From an uncultured Lentisphaeraceae bacterium (GTDB lineage Bacteria; Verrucomicrobiota; Kiritimatiellia; RFP12; UBA1067), in contig CAYLRN010000001.1 in the NCBI GenBank assembly GCA_964386385.1, positions 172,706 to 236,705 of the forward strand: a stretch of 64,000 nt of DNA, written 5' to 3'. Below, piece after piece: positions 42,287-51,949 of this stretch. The position numbers and the translations under genes were made by a program. The notes under the pieces are model-generated. The model saw only the letters and a program-made list of their open reading frames with translations, was not told the DNA's origin and searched no databases. Numbering within the stretch: the stretch's first letter is position 1; every line of letters begins with the position of its first letter.

Positions 42287-43351
42287 GTGAACAGTTCCGC
42301 ATCCGCTTCGAAGTCCGCCTACGCGGCCGCCGGCGTGAACATCGACAGCAAAATGGAGGCTCTCAAGGCGATTAAGACCATGGTTGGGACGACGAAGACG
42401 CCCAACGTCGTCGGGGGGATAGGGTCGTTTGGGGGGCTTTGCAAGCTGCCGTCCGGAAGCGGCAAGGACACGCTTCTGGTGGCCTCGTCCGACGGAGTTG
42501 GAACGAAGCTGAAGGTGGCCGTGATGATGAAGAAGCACGACACCGTGGGACAGGACATCGTGAACCACTGCGTGAACGACATTCTCGTGCAGGGCGCAAG
42601 GCCTCTCTTCTTCATGGACTACGTCGGCACGTCGAAGTTCGACGGGCCTGTCTTCAAGCAGATCGTCGCCGGCCTCTGCAAGGCCTGCAGAGAGAACAAC
42701 ATGGCGCTTCTCGGCGGCGAGACCGCCGAACTTCCGGGTCTCTACCCCGCGGGCGAATACGACCTCACGGGCACAATCGTCGGCACGGTCTCGAAGAAGG
42801 AAGTCATAACGGGCAAGTCCATCCGCGCCGGGGACGTCGTGATCGGACTTCCCTCCGGCGGCCTTCAGACGAACGGCTACTCCCTCGCCCGCCGCGTGTT
42901 CTTCGACATCTGCCAGATGTCGCCGCAGGACAAGCTTCCCGGCACGAACCAGACGGTCGGCAGCGCCCTTCTCGCCGTCCACAAGAGCTTCCTCAAGCCC
43001 GTCGCCAAGCTGCTCGACTCCAAGGTCAAGGTCAACGGCATGGCGCACATCACGGGCGGCGGCTTCCAGGACAACATTCCGCGCGTCCTCCCCGAATCGG
43101 TCGTCTGCGAGATCGACCGCACTTCCTGGACTGTCCCGACCGTCTTCAACTTCATCGAACGCCAGGGCAAGGTCGACCACGACGAGATGTACCGCGTCTT
43201 CAACATGGGCGTCGGCTTCGTAATCGTCCTGCCGGAAGACCAGCTGCCACGCGTCAAGACGCTCTTCCGCAACATGCGCCAGACGTGGAAGCTGATCGGC
43301 GCCATCCGCAAGCGCAAGGGCGACGAGCCGCAGGTCGCGTTCTCGAAGTAA
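42287..43351 (+). CDS. purM: Phosphoribosylformylglycinamidine cyclo-ligase (AIR synthetase).
   Basis: GTG start preceded by AAGGAG. ...GIGSFGGLCKL...DGVGTKLKVA...NHCVNDILVQGARPLFFMDY...GGETAELPG. Confidence 0.9.
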   Translation: MNSSASASKSAYAAAGVNIDSKMEALKAIKTMVGTTKTPNVVGGIGSFGGLCKLPSGSGKDTLLVASSDGVGTKLKVAVMMKKHDTVGQDIVNHCVNDILVQGARPLFFMDYVGTSKFDGPVFKQIVAGLCKACRENNMALLGGETAELPGLYPAGEYDLTGTIVGTVSKKEVITGKSIRAGDVVIGLPSGGLQTNGYSLARRVFFDICQMSPQDKLPGTNQTVGSALLAVHKSFLKPVAKLLDSKVKVNGMAHITGGGFQDNIPRVLPESVVCEIDRTSWTVPTVFNFIERQGKVDHDEMYRVFNMGVGFVIVLPEDQLPRVKTLFRNMRQTWKLIGAIRKRKGDEPQVAFSK

Positions 43352-43406
43352 AGGCCAGCCGCCTTGCGAACCCGCCTTGGCGCGGGCAGGTTGAAAATCC
43401 CTCTCT

Positions 43407-44525
43407 TCAGTCGCCCGGCTGGAGGGAGGGATTCACGTCTATGGCAAGCGCGGCGTCTCCGCAGACGTTCTGCCGGTAGAACGCAAGGCCGGCGATCATC
43501 GCGGCGTTGTCGCCGCAGTTCTTCGGAGCGGCGAGAAGAAGCGGAACGCGGGCGCTTTTGGCGACCTCCGCGAGGCGCGCGCGGAGGCGTCCGTTCAGGG
43601 AGACGCCGCCGCCGACGACGAGCGCCTTGCAGTCCCGACGGGCGAGCGCGGCCGCCGTCCTGTCCGCCAGCGTCCCGACAATCGCCTCCTGGTACGCCGC
43701 CACAAGCGCGGCCTTTTCCGCGTCGTTCGCGGGGGGAGTCTTCTTCACGTGGTAGAGAAGCGACGTCTTGAGGCCGGAGAACGAGACGCACAGGTCCGCG
43801 TCAAGGCCGGCGAGCGCGGCCGTGCCGGGGCGCGGACGCCCCTTCGGGAAGCGCGGCATTCCGTCGCGCAGGCGGATTCTTTCGGGATAGCGCAGGGCGG
43901 AAAGGGCCGCGGCGTCCGAATAGTCCGAAACGCCGTTCCAGAACCCCTTGGCCCAGCGGTCCACGACGGGGCCGCCCGGATAGCCCATACCAAGCAGTTT
44001 CGCGGCCTTGTCGAAAGCCTCTCCCGCCGCGTCGTCGAGGGTCTGGCCGATGACCACATAGCGTCCGTATTCGGGGACGTCGATCCAGGTGGTGTGTCCG
44101 CCGCTGACGACAAGCCCGAGTGCGGGCACGGTCTCCTCCGGCGCGATCCCGGGCGTCGCGCCCGAATCGTACAGGAAAGGCGTGTGGAGATGCGCCTCAA
44201 GGTGGTTTACGCCAATCAGGGGAACGCCCATGGACATTGCAAGTCCCTTCGCGGCGTTAAGGCCGACAAGCAGGGAACTGGCAAGTCCGGGGCCGTAAGT
44301 CACTGCGACGGCGTCTATGCCCCCCTTCCAGGCGGCCATCGCCTCGGAGACGACTTCGCCGATCTTCTCTATGTGCGCACGGCTCGCCACCTCCGGCACT
44401 ACGCCGCCGTACGGGCGGTGGAGGGGAATCTGCGTGTAGACCACGCTGCTGAGGACCTCGCGTCCGTCGCGCACGATGGCGCAGGCGGTCTCGTCGCAAC
44501 TGCTCTCTATTCCAAGAATCGTCAT
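43407..44525 (-). CDS. tsaD: tRNA N6-adenosine threonylcarbamoyltransferase TsaD (Kae1/Gcp family).
   Basis: MTILGIESSCDETACAIVRDGREVLSSVVYTQIPLHRPYGGVVPEVASRAH... Confidence 0.9.
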   Translation of the reverse strand: MTILGIESSCDETACAIVRDGREVLSSVVYTQIPLHRPYGGVVPEVASRAHIEKIGEVVSEAMAAWKGGIDAVAVTYGPGLASSLLVGLNAAKGLAMSMGVPLIGVNHLEAHLHTPFLYDSGATPGIAPEETVPALGLVVSGGHTTWIDVPEYGRYVVIGQTLDDAAGEAFDKAAKLLGMGYPGGPVVDRWAKGFWNGVSDYSDAAALSALRYPERIRLRDGMPRFPKGRPRPGTAALAGLDADLCVSFSGLKTSLLYHVKKTPPANDAEKAALVAAYQEAIVGTLADRTAAALARRDCKALVVGGGVSLNGRLRARLAEVAKSARVPLLLAAPKNCGDNAAMIAGLAFYRQNVCGDAALAIDVNPSLQPGD

Positions 44526-44544
44526 TTCCGCTTCCTACGCTCCG

Positions 44545-45381
44545 CTACCAGAACTTCCACCACGCCTTGCGCACAGGCTCCACCCCGCCGGCCTCCTGGT
44601 ACAACTCCTTCGCCCGCTCCGCGCCCGCCATGTCCGGATCCACCAGCTGCTCGTGCTCGTGGAACTCGAACGCGGCGGGAATGCTCCAGAAGACCGTGCG
44701 CACGAACGCGCGCTGCGTCAGGCGGTGCAGCACGACGACCTCTCCGGACGGAAGTATGGAAATCTTCGGCCTCGTTATCCGCAGAAACGGGCCGAGGTCG
44801 GTCGTCTGCCAGCTGCGCGACGACGAACCCGCGTCGCGCGCCTTGAGAAACAGATGCTCCACGCGGCCGCGTCCCCAGTGGCAGAGCTCGAACTCCCGCT
44901 TAAGTCCGTCATGCCCCTCGAACATCTGCAATGCCCCGCCGAGGCGAAGGCCGGGGACGACGGTGAACGACTTGAGGGAGCTCTCGTAGCGCATTCCGGC
45001 GTGGACGAGGACGGCGCGCGCAAGGTAGCGCGTCGTCTCGCCAAGCGGGAAATGGTCGGCGAAGAAGGTCTCCAGCTTCTGCCCTTCGCCGGACAGAAGC
45101 GCGAACGGCGCCACGAAGGTCCTGTCGCCGCTTTCATAGCGATGGCGGTCGTGCGCGCGCCAGAGTTCAAGCACGACCCTGTCGGGAGAATCGGGCCTGC
45201 GCGCGTCTATGACGTCGGCCGACGCGTTCGCGACGTCCACGATGGCGCGGATGCGTTCGCCGACGACGAACTCCTGCTCGTCGAACTTAAGCTGCACGGT
45301 GATTTCCGTCAGCGGCGGCGCGGCGAAGCAGCGCACGGCCATTGCGGCCAGCGTGAAAAGTGCAAGTGCATTCATCTTCAT
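44545..45381 (-). CDS. Secreted hypothetical protein of 278 aa.
   Basis: Signal peptide MKMNALALFTLAAMAVRCFAAP. Translation is coherent. No family was recognised. Confidence 0.5.
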   Translation of the reverse strand: MKMNALALFTLAAMAVRCFAAPPLTEITVQLKFDEQEFVVGERIRAIVDVANASADVIDARRPDSPDRVVLELWRAHDRHRYESGDRTFVAPFALLSGEGQKLETFFADHFPLGETTRYLARAVLVHAGMRYESSLKSFTVVPGLRLGGALQMFEGHDGLKREFELCHWGRGRVEHLFLKARDAGSSSRSWQTTDLGPFLRITRPKISILPSGEVVVLHRLTQRAFVRTVFWSIPAAFEFHEHEQLVDPDMAGAERAKELYQEAGGVEPVRKAWWKFW

Positions 45382-46184
45382 GACTGCGTTCCTTTCTGCG
45401 CATTTCCAAGGCGAATCTCAAGGCCGTCGTATGCCAGTCTCACGTGCCTTGGCAGTTTCTTCGAGAACTCCGCATGGACGACGTCGTGGCACATGTGCGT
45501 CAGGTACGTCCTGCGCGGCTTCAGCTGCGCGATTTCCTCCAGCGCCCGTTCAAGGTTCATGTGGGTGGGATGCTCGCGTTCGCGAAGGCAGTCCAGAACG
45601 AGAACGTCGAGGTCGCGCATCTTCGTCTTCGTGGAGGGCGGAATCTCCGCGCAGTCCGGCATGTAGACAAGACGGCTGCCGGATTCCTCTATCAGGTATC
45701 CGTTCGTCCTGGGGCCGTGGACGACGGGAAGCGGAGTGAGAACCGCAGAGCCGATCTGGAATCTGCCGGAGACCGGTGTGAAGCGTATCATAGGACGATA
45801 CAGCCCAAGCGGATTCGGCTTGTCCGTTATGTACGGGAATATGCGGCGAACGTCCATGAGCGTCTCGTCCGCCGCATAGCACGGCATGACGGCATGGCCG
45901 TTCAGGGTGTTGAAGCGGCGGACGTCGTCGAACCCGGCGAGATGGTCCATGTGGGCGTGCGTCAGGACTACGGCGTCCACCTTCCTCACGCCGCACTCGA
46001 TGCAGGCGATGCGGAACTCCGGCGGCGTGTCGATGACGAACGCCGCAGAGCCGGCGCGGACGTAGACGCCGGAACGGCGGCGTCTGTCACGCGGGTCCTG
46101 CGACGCGCACGCGGGGCAGCGGCAGCCGATCTGCGGGATTCCGACCGACGTGCCGGTGCCAAGGAATTTCAATCGAAGAGACAA
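45378..46184 (-). CDS. MBL-fold metallo-hydrolase (PhnP/YcbL-like).
   Basis: LKFLGTGTSVGIPQIGCRCPAC and the His motif VVLTHAHMDHLAG. A TTG start is inferred. Confidence 0.7.
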   Translation of the reverse strand: MSLRLKFLGTGTSVGIPQIGCRCPACASQDPRDRRRRSGVYVRAGSAAFVIDTPPEFRIACIECGVRKVDAVVLTHAHMDHLAGFDDVRRFNTLNGHAVMPCYAADETLMDVRRIFPYITDKPNPLGLYRPMIRFTPVSGRFQIGSAVLTPLPVVHGPRTNGYLIEESGSRLVYMPDCAEIPPSTKTKMRDLDVLVLDCLREREHPTHMNLERALEEIAQLKPRRTYLTHMCHDVVHAEFSKKLPRHVRLAYDGLEIRLGNAQKGTQS

Positions 46185-46215
46185 CTCAAGTCCAATCGTC
46201 CCCTTCAGGGCGGCT

Positions 46216-47085
46216 TTACAAGTCCTTGTAGAGCGTGAATGCGTCCTTCGCCGTCATGTTCTCGTGGACGACGGCGGAAATCGCCTTCATCATCGCAAGG
46301 GGCTTCTCGCTCTGGAACACGTTGCGCCCCATGTCCACGCCAGCGGCGCCGGCCTGAATTGCACGGTAGGCGAGTTCAAGGGCCTGCTCTTCGGGGAGCT
46401 TCTTTCCGCCGGCGATCACGATCGGCACGGGGCACTGCGCGACGACGGTCTCGAAGCCCTCCTCCGTGTAGTACGTCTTGACGAAAGCCGCGCCGTTCTC
46501 GGCGCAGACGCGCGTGGCGAGGCGGAAGTAGCGCGCGTCGCGCGCCATGTCCTTGCCGACGGCAGTCACGCCGAGGACGGGGATGCCGTACTTTTCGCCG
46601 ACGTCCACGGCATGGACGAGATTCTGCGTGGTGACCTGCTCGCTTGCCTTGTCGCCGCAGGCGACCATGACGGCCATCGCGCTTGCGTTGAGGCGGACGA
46701 CGTCCTCCGGGTCGTAGACGCGGTTGAGGTTGAGCTCGGTGAGAATCGTCGTGCCGCCGTCGGCGCGGAGGCAGATCGGCTTGCTCGTCGCGGCGGGGAC
46801 GACCGAGCGGAGCATTCCGCGGGTGCACATCAGGCAGTCGGCGTACTCGATGAGGGGGTTTATCGTCAGGTCCACGCGCTCAAGCCCGCTCGTGGGGCCC
46901 ATGATGAATCCGTGGTCGCACGCCAGCATGACCGTGCGCCCCGTCTTCGGGTTGAAGATGCGGGCGAGGCGGTTCTTCACGCCCCAGCCGCGGTTCTCCG
47001 CGCCCTTCAGGAAAAACAGCTCGTTCGTCTGCGGCCTGTCGAAACCATACGCCGCCGCTTCCTTGAAACCTTCCATGTCAGCCAT
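46216..47085 (-). CDS. Class I aldolase of the DeoC/LacD/LsrF (PF01791) family.
   Basis: ...TVMLACDHGFIMGP...PICLRADGGTTI...YGIPVLGVTAVGKD... (Lys Schiff-base region) is typical of LsrF/FbaB-like aldolases. Confidence 0.7.
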   Translation of the reverse strand: MADMEGFKEAAAYGFDRPQTNELFFLKGAENRGWGVKNRLARIFNPKTGRTVMLACDHGFIMGPTSGLERVDLTINPLIEYADCLMCTRGMLRSVVPAATSKPICLRADGGTTILTELNLNRVYDPEDVVRLNASAMAVMVACGDKASEQVTTQNLVHAVDVGEKYGIPVLGVTAVGKDMARDARYFRLATRVCAENGAAFVKTYYTEEGFETVVAQCPVPIVIAGGKKLPEEQALELAYRAIQAGAAGVDMGRNVFQSEKPLAMMKAISAVVHENMTAKDAFTLYKDL

Positions 47086-47127
47086 TTCAACGCTCCTTGC
47101 TTCTTGTCAAATCTCCTGCCGGACCGC

Positions 47128-47736
47128 TCACCAGCACTTGGCAAAGCACTCCCACATGTCGGCGTGGGACGCGGCGCCGGCGTCGATCGTGCCGATGGAA
47201 CGCTCGCCTAGGTTCTTCGCGCGTCCGAACTTGGCCCGCATCTGCGCCGTCGCCTCGCATCCCGCCCTGGCGGCCTTGGCGGCCGCGTTGACCATGGACG
47301 AGATTCCGAGCCTGGCATTGGCCTTCAGCGCCTCGACCGCGGGGATGAGCGCGTCCATGAAGGTCTTGTCGCCGACTCTCGCGTCCGTCGCAAGGTAGAG
47401 CTCCTCAAGTCCGGCGGCAAAGACGTCCGCAAGCCCCTGGGAGTTCAGGTCCGTGACGCCAGAGGCGGTAAAATCGCGCATGCCCTCGAAGAACGCGGCG
47501 TAGAGCGAACTCGTCGACCCGCTCACGTTCTTCTCAAGGAGGACCGCAATGTCGAGGAAGAGATACTTGAACTCCGGGTTGGAGGCGGATGCAATCGTCT
47601 TCAGGGCGGCGACGATGGCCTCGCCATGGTCGCCGTCGCCGCCGGCCGCCGCGTCAAGCGCGGAATACTCCTTTTCGCGGGCGGCAAGCGTTTCCGCCGC
47701 CAGCTTCCAGGCCTGCATGAATCTCTCGGTTGTCAT
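47128..47736 (-). CDS. dhaL: Dihydroxyacetone kinase subunit L (DAK2 domain). It is orphan, with no dhaK/dhaM nearby.
   Basis: ...ALDAAAGGDGDHGEAIVAAL... is the DhaL ADP-binding motif. The protein is 202 aa. Confidence 0.75.
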   Translation of the reverse strand: MTTERFMQAWKLAAETLAAREKEYSALDAAAGGDGDHGEAIVAALKTIASASNPEFKYLFLDIAVLLEKNVSGSTSSLYAAFFEGMRDFTASGVTDLNSQGLADVFAAGLEELYLATDARVGDKTFMDALIPAVEALKANARLGISSMVNAAAKAARAGCEATAQMRAKFGRAKNLGERSIGTIDAGAASHADMWECFAKCW

Positions 47737-47833
47737 TTTGCGCTCCTTGCGTCAAACTCGTTGAAGATGGACGTGATTGTAGCACAGACGGCGGCCGACG
47801 TCCAGCGGCCGCGCCCGCAGCAGCCCGGCTCGA

Positions 47834-48787
47834 TCAGGTGAAGAAGACCTCTTCGCCGTGGAACATGAAGTTCCCGCCGACGACGTACTCCATCGCCGTC
47901 GGGGAGAACCGGTCCTGAACGGTGATGTGGAGGTGTCCGGCGAGGATTGCCTTGAGCAGCGGCTGCTTCCTGAGCGCGGCGATGAAGTCGCGCGTGACGG
48001 GGTCGTCGTGCTGCTTCTTGCAGTCGCCGCGGAAATCCGGGAGCGGGCCGCCGGCGAACTTCCTGTCGGACTTCCAGAACTTGTCGTTCGCGCGCCAGAT
48101 GGAGTCCGTGTAGAACGGCACATGCTGGCAGAGGACGATTGGCAGCCCCTTCTTCACCTCGCCGTTGAACAGTTCGACCTGGGTCGGCGTGACGTAGCCG
48201 TAGACGGAATCCATGGAGACGAAGTTGACGCCGTTGACGACCTGGGACGCGAAGTGGATGCCGAACGGATACGCCTTCTGGATGCGCTCGGCGGTTGCGG
48301 CCTTGTTGGCCTCCGTGGGCGTCTCCTTGTCAAGCCACATCGACTGCGAGTACTCGTGGTTGCCCATCGAGCCGAACATCGCCCCGCCGAAGTACTTCTT
48401 CACGAGGTCGAAGTTCTTCTCGCTCTGCCAGTCGATCATGTCGCCGGTATGGATGACGTAGTCGACGTTCTTCTTCGCCCATTCGAGCGAATCGCGAAGA
48501 GCCTCCTCCTGGCGGCCGCCGAACGTCTTCGTGCGGATTTCCTTCAGCTTCTGCTTCTTCCCGCCCTCGTTTGGATAGGCGTCGGTGAGATGCGTGTCGG
48601 AGATGTGGAGGACGGAAAAGGGCTTCTTCAGTCCGACGTGGACGTGGTTGTAGGCGAGGACGAGGCGCTCGAAGCGTCCGCGGGCCGGGAAGACAGCAGG
48701 GTTGTCGGCGAACGACGGAAGGGCCGCCGCAGCGGCAAGTCCGCCGAGGGAGGCGAGGAAAGTTCTTCTGTCTACGTTTGCGCTCAT
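47834..48787 (-). CDS. Tat-exported calcineurin-like metallophosphoesterase.
   Basis: Twin-arginine signal MSANVDRRTFLASLGGLAAAAALPSFA. Phosphoesterase motifs are LHISDTHL, HTGDMID and GNHE. Confidence 0.7.
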   Translation of the reverse strand: MSANVDRRTFLASLGGLAAAAALPSFADNPAVFPARGRFERLVLAYNHVHVGLKKPFSVLHISDTHLTDAYPNEGGKKQKLKEIRTKTFGGRQEEALRDSLEWAKKNVDYVIHTGDMIDWQSEKNFDLVKKYFGGAMFGSMGNHEYSQSMWLDKETPTEANKAATAERIQKAYPFGIHFASQVVNGVNFVSMDSVYGYVTPTQVELFNGEVKKGLPIVLCQHVPFYTDSIWRANDKFWKSDRKFAGGPLPDFRGDCKKQHDDPVTRDFIAALRKQPLLKAILAGHLHITVQDRFSPTAMEYVVGGNFMFHGEEVFFT

Positions 48788-48871
48788 GATGGTTTCTCCT
48801 TCTTCTGTTGAATCATCTGACGGCGTTTCCGCCGAGATTGCCTCCGTTGGCGGCGTCCGCCTCCGAGCGGG

Positions 48872-49738
48872 CTATGCGCCGCCGCATTCGCCTGAAAGCG
48901 TCGCGATCGTCCACGTGCGCCCGCACATGTGGCACGTGACGTCGAGCGTCTGCGGAAGCCGGTCCCGCTCTTCCGGCGGGAGGGCCGCGATGACGTCCTT
49001 GGCGCGTTCCGGGCTGCAGCGGCAGGCGAACGAAAGCGGCGTCGTTTCGCGAACCTCCGCGCGCGGGAGGCCGATCTTCTTCAGGATTGTCCTGACGGAC
49101 GCCGATGCGCCCGCGATCGCCTTCTGCGCCTCGCCTGACGCGAAGAGCTCCGCCACGCGGGCGAACGCCGCAGCGTCTCCGTCTGGAGGGCACTCCGCCT
49201 GGACGCCGCGCGCGAAGACGGGCGCGCCGTCGTCGCCCGCCACGCCGGCCACGGCGTTGACGACGCGCCGCTGCATGGAATTGGCGTAGTACTCGTCCAG
49301 TCCATGCGCCACGGCGCCGGTCTTTCCGATGGCGGTGGCAACGGTGCCGGAGGAAAGGAGTTCGCCCGGCACGGAACGGATGACCTGGAACGTCGCGGAC
49401 TCGCCGAAGATGGCGGAATCGGCGAAACGGCCCAGTCCGTCGAAGTCGTCAAGGACCTTCCTGTTGGTGTACCCGCGCAGCGTGCCGGAATTCGTGGCCT
49501 CAACGAGAAAGCCGCCGATGGGGCCTGGGCATGACATCTTCAGCGTGACCGTCTCGTCCGCGCGCGAGCATTCCGCGCCGAGGAGCGAGACGGCGGCAAG
49601 CGCCCGGGCCAGGCACGTGGAGGCCGCAGGGCCGGAAAGGTGTCCGCGCGCAAGCGCGACGGCGGCCGAAGTGCAGTCGACCGCGACGACCGCGATTCGC
49701 GACGCGGGGTCGTAGATTCTGATTGTCTCGTCCATCAT
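48872..49738 (-). CDS. hslO: Redox-regulated chaperone Hsp33.
   Basis: The C-terminal Zn centre is CRCSPERAKDVIAALP...CHMCGRTW. Overall length is 288 aa. Confidence 0.85.
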   Translation of the reverse strand: MMDETIRIYDPASRIAVVAVDCTSAAVALARGHLSGPAASTCLARALAAVSLLGAECSRADETVTLKMSCPGPIGGFLVEATNSGTLRGYTNRKVLDDFDGLGRFADSAIFGESATFQVIRSVPGELLSSGTVATAIGKTGAVAHGLDEYYANSMQRRVVNAVAGVAGDDGAPVFARGVQAECPPDGDAAAFARVAELFASGEAQKAIAGASASVRTILKKIGLPRAEVRETTPLSFACRCSPERAKDVIAALPPEERDRLPQTLDVTCHMCGRTWTIATLSGECGGA

Positions 49739-51945
49739 TCTCCTTCACCCTCCTCTTCGATGAAGCGCACGGTGGCGTCCTCAAGCGCGCTCATCACGTT
49801 CGCCGCGTTCTCGTCCTCCAGTTCGCGGATGTCGTCGAAGCGGAACCCGCCGTCCGGATGCAGGACGAAGCCCATGAACGCCTGCCGGAACGAATCGAGG
49901 CGCCTGGCCTGGCGTTCAAGCGCCCAGAGGGCGAAGCGCCACTTCGGCAGGAATCCGAAGCGCGTGGGAAGGCCGGGGTCGAACGACTCGAAGCTGTCGC
50001 GCCGCACGGTGAACTGCCATTCCATCGCGCGCGTCCGGAAGGCGAAGCCGGCGAAGAAGCGCTCGGCGAGTTCCACGACCGGGACGCACGGATGGGCCGC
50101 CGCGTATTCCGCGAGATGGCGCGCGTACGTGCCGACGTAGAAGTCGCGTATCGCGGAGAGGTTGCGCTCGGTCAGCGAGACGTCAGGCCATCCGAGCGTT
50201 CCGCGTATGGAGCAGCAGGCGACGCCCTGCGGCATGGGGCGGCCCGCGTTCACGTCGTAGTCGAAGCGGTATATCTCCTTGCCGACGCCGTAGATGGGGG
50301 TCTTCGTGGCGGCGTCGAACTTCTTCATCGCCATGTTCTGCGCGGCCGCGTCGCCCATCACGAACGCCAGGGCGAGGACGACCTGCGGGTCCTCGCCCGC
50401 GTCGGCGCCGCCGAACTCGCCGGCCACCTGGAAGTACGTCGCAGGGAGGTCGACGAGCGGCTCTCCCTCGCAGCGCGTCCGGACGATGTAGTCGTACATT
50501 CGTCTGGCGCCGTTTTCGCGGCGGCGCAGGAGACGGTATTCAGGCAGCGAGACGCCGAGCGCCTTGAACGCCTGGGCGCGGGAGACGACGTAGCTTCCGT
50601 AGCCGGTGCCGGTGTGGGAGAGGCGCTTCTCGACCATTGACGCGACGAGCGGTCGCTGGTTCGTCTTGTAGACAATCTCCCGCGTCTTGCCCATGCCGAT
50701 CCGGCGCGTCTCGTCCTCTGCGTCCGCGTCGTCCGTGCGCAGCTCGTAGACGTTGGCGTACTCCACCTGCTCGTCCTCGCTCATTAGGCCGCGTATGTTG
50801 GCGAGAAGCGTCTCCGTCCGCGCGTCCGCGCCGGGGTGGAACGCCGGACGCCCGTCAGAAAAGGTCGCGCCCGGCAGGGCCGTCCGGCGGTCGTCGAACG
50901 CGGGAGTTGCGCCTTCGCCCATGCCGGAGTAGATCTCGCCGGTGAGGTGCATGTAGAGGATTTCGACGAAGTCCTTCGATGCGTCATCGGCCAGTTCCGC
51001 CCGCGTGAGGAGAGACTTGCAAAGGGCGTCAAGCTCGTCTATCTTGGCGGCGGCCTCGTCCTGCGATATCCGCCCAAGCGCGATTCGCGCCATGAGCGTC
51101 TCCAGTTCCGGGATCAGACGCTCGTGGGCCGCGCCGCGCAGCATTCCGAAGAACTCGACCTCGTGGTGTCCGAAGCACTTCGGCTGGCGCAGGAAGGAAG
51201 TGGAATGACCCTCGAAGACGGCGGTGAGCTCATGGAGCGCGGCGCAGAACGCGGAGTAGTCCGAACGCGCCCATCCGGCGAAGTCGTGGAAGTCGGGATA
51301 GGAGAGGAAATGGACGCCACGCGCGGCATGGTAGTACAGGAGGCGGGTTGAAATGCGCTTCCGGCTTGCGGCGATGGCGACGGACATTTCGCGCGCGGTC
51401 CAGACGAGCGGCTTGACGCGCCACTCCTGGCCCAGGGCGCGGTAATGCTCGAGCGTCTGCACGTTGCGGTCCGCCATCAGCACGTTCTCCATCGAGAAGC
51501 GGAGAGTCTGGACGAGCCAGGCGTCGAGCCGCACAAGGCGGCGGCAGGGGACCTCCCGCTGGGAGATCTCCAGCTTCCCGTCGACGACGTTGGCGCAGAG
51601 GACGTCGTACGTCATCACGTCGCCGCGCTTTTGCGGCGAAAGGCGGCAGAGGTCCCAGAAGTGTCCCTGCAGAAGCGGCAGCGCGGCGACGGAGTGGTTG
51701 CCGGTGGTGACGGTCATTACGTGTCCGCGAGCGCCGTGGACGAGCTTCGCCTTCTCGACGAGCAGGACGGACGCATGGGCGTCGAGGTCCGTCCAAACGC
51801 CGTTTTCGAAGACGAACGTGTCGTCGCCGAGGTCGTATCCGGTGAAACGCCTCGTCCGCCCCATCGCGCGCGTGACGACGCATGTGGCGCGTCGTTCGGC
51901 ATCGCGGCGGATGCGGGAGAGGAGGTGTTTCACGGACGACTTCAC
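49735..51945 (-). CDS. Hypothetical protein of 736 aa. It is translationally coupled with hslO and the murU-amgK gene.
   Basis: A long coherent ORF with 4-nt overlaps to both neighbours. No family was recognised from the sequence. Confidence 0.55.
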   Translation of the reverse strand: MKSSVKHLLSRIRRDAERRATCVVTRAMGRTRRFTGYDLGDDTFVFENGVWTDLDAHASVLLVEKAKLVHGARGHVMTVTTGNHSVAALPLLQGHFWDLCRLSPQKRGDVMTYDVLCANVVDGKLEISQREVPCRRLVRLDAWLVQTLRFSMENVLMADRNVQTLEHYRALGQEWRVKPLVWTAREMSVAIAASRKRISTRLLYYHAARGVHFLSYPDFHDFAGWARSDYSAFCAALHELTAVFEGHSTSFLRQPKCFGHHEVEFFGMLRGAAHERLIPELETLMARIALGRISQDEAAAKIDELDALCKSLLTRAELADDASKDFVEILYMHLTGEIYSGMGEGATPAFDDRRTALPGATFSDGRPAFHPGADARTETLLANIRGLMSEDEQVEYANVYELRTDDADAEDETRRIGMGKTREIVYKTNQRPLVASMVEKRLSHTGTGYGSYVVSRAQAFKALGVSLPEYRLLRRRENGARRMYDYIVRTRCEGEPLVDLPATYFQVAGEFGGADAGEDPQVVLALAFVMGDAAAQNMAMKKFDAATKTPIYGVGKEIYRFDYDVNAGRPMPQGVACCSIRGTLGWPDVSLTERNLSAIRDFYVGTYARHLAEYAAAHPCVPVVELAERFFAGFAFRTRAMEWQFTVRRDSFESFDPGLPTRFGFLPKWRFALWALERQARRLDSFRQAFMGFVLHPDGGFRFDDIRELEDENAANVMSALEDATVRFIEEEGEGE

Positions 51946-51949
51946 GGAA

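Noticed and set aside
42175-42375. 66-aa ORF starting at the AAGGAGA-ATG at 42280, in an alternative frame
   Set aside because: The ATG sits inside the purM RBS region and reads out of frame into Arg-rich nonsense. The GTG at 42287 gives the canonical PurM N-terminus.
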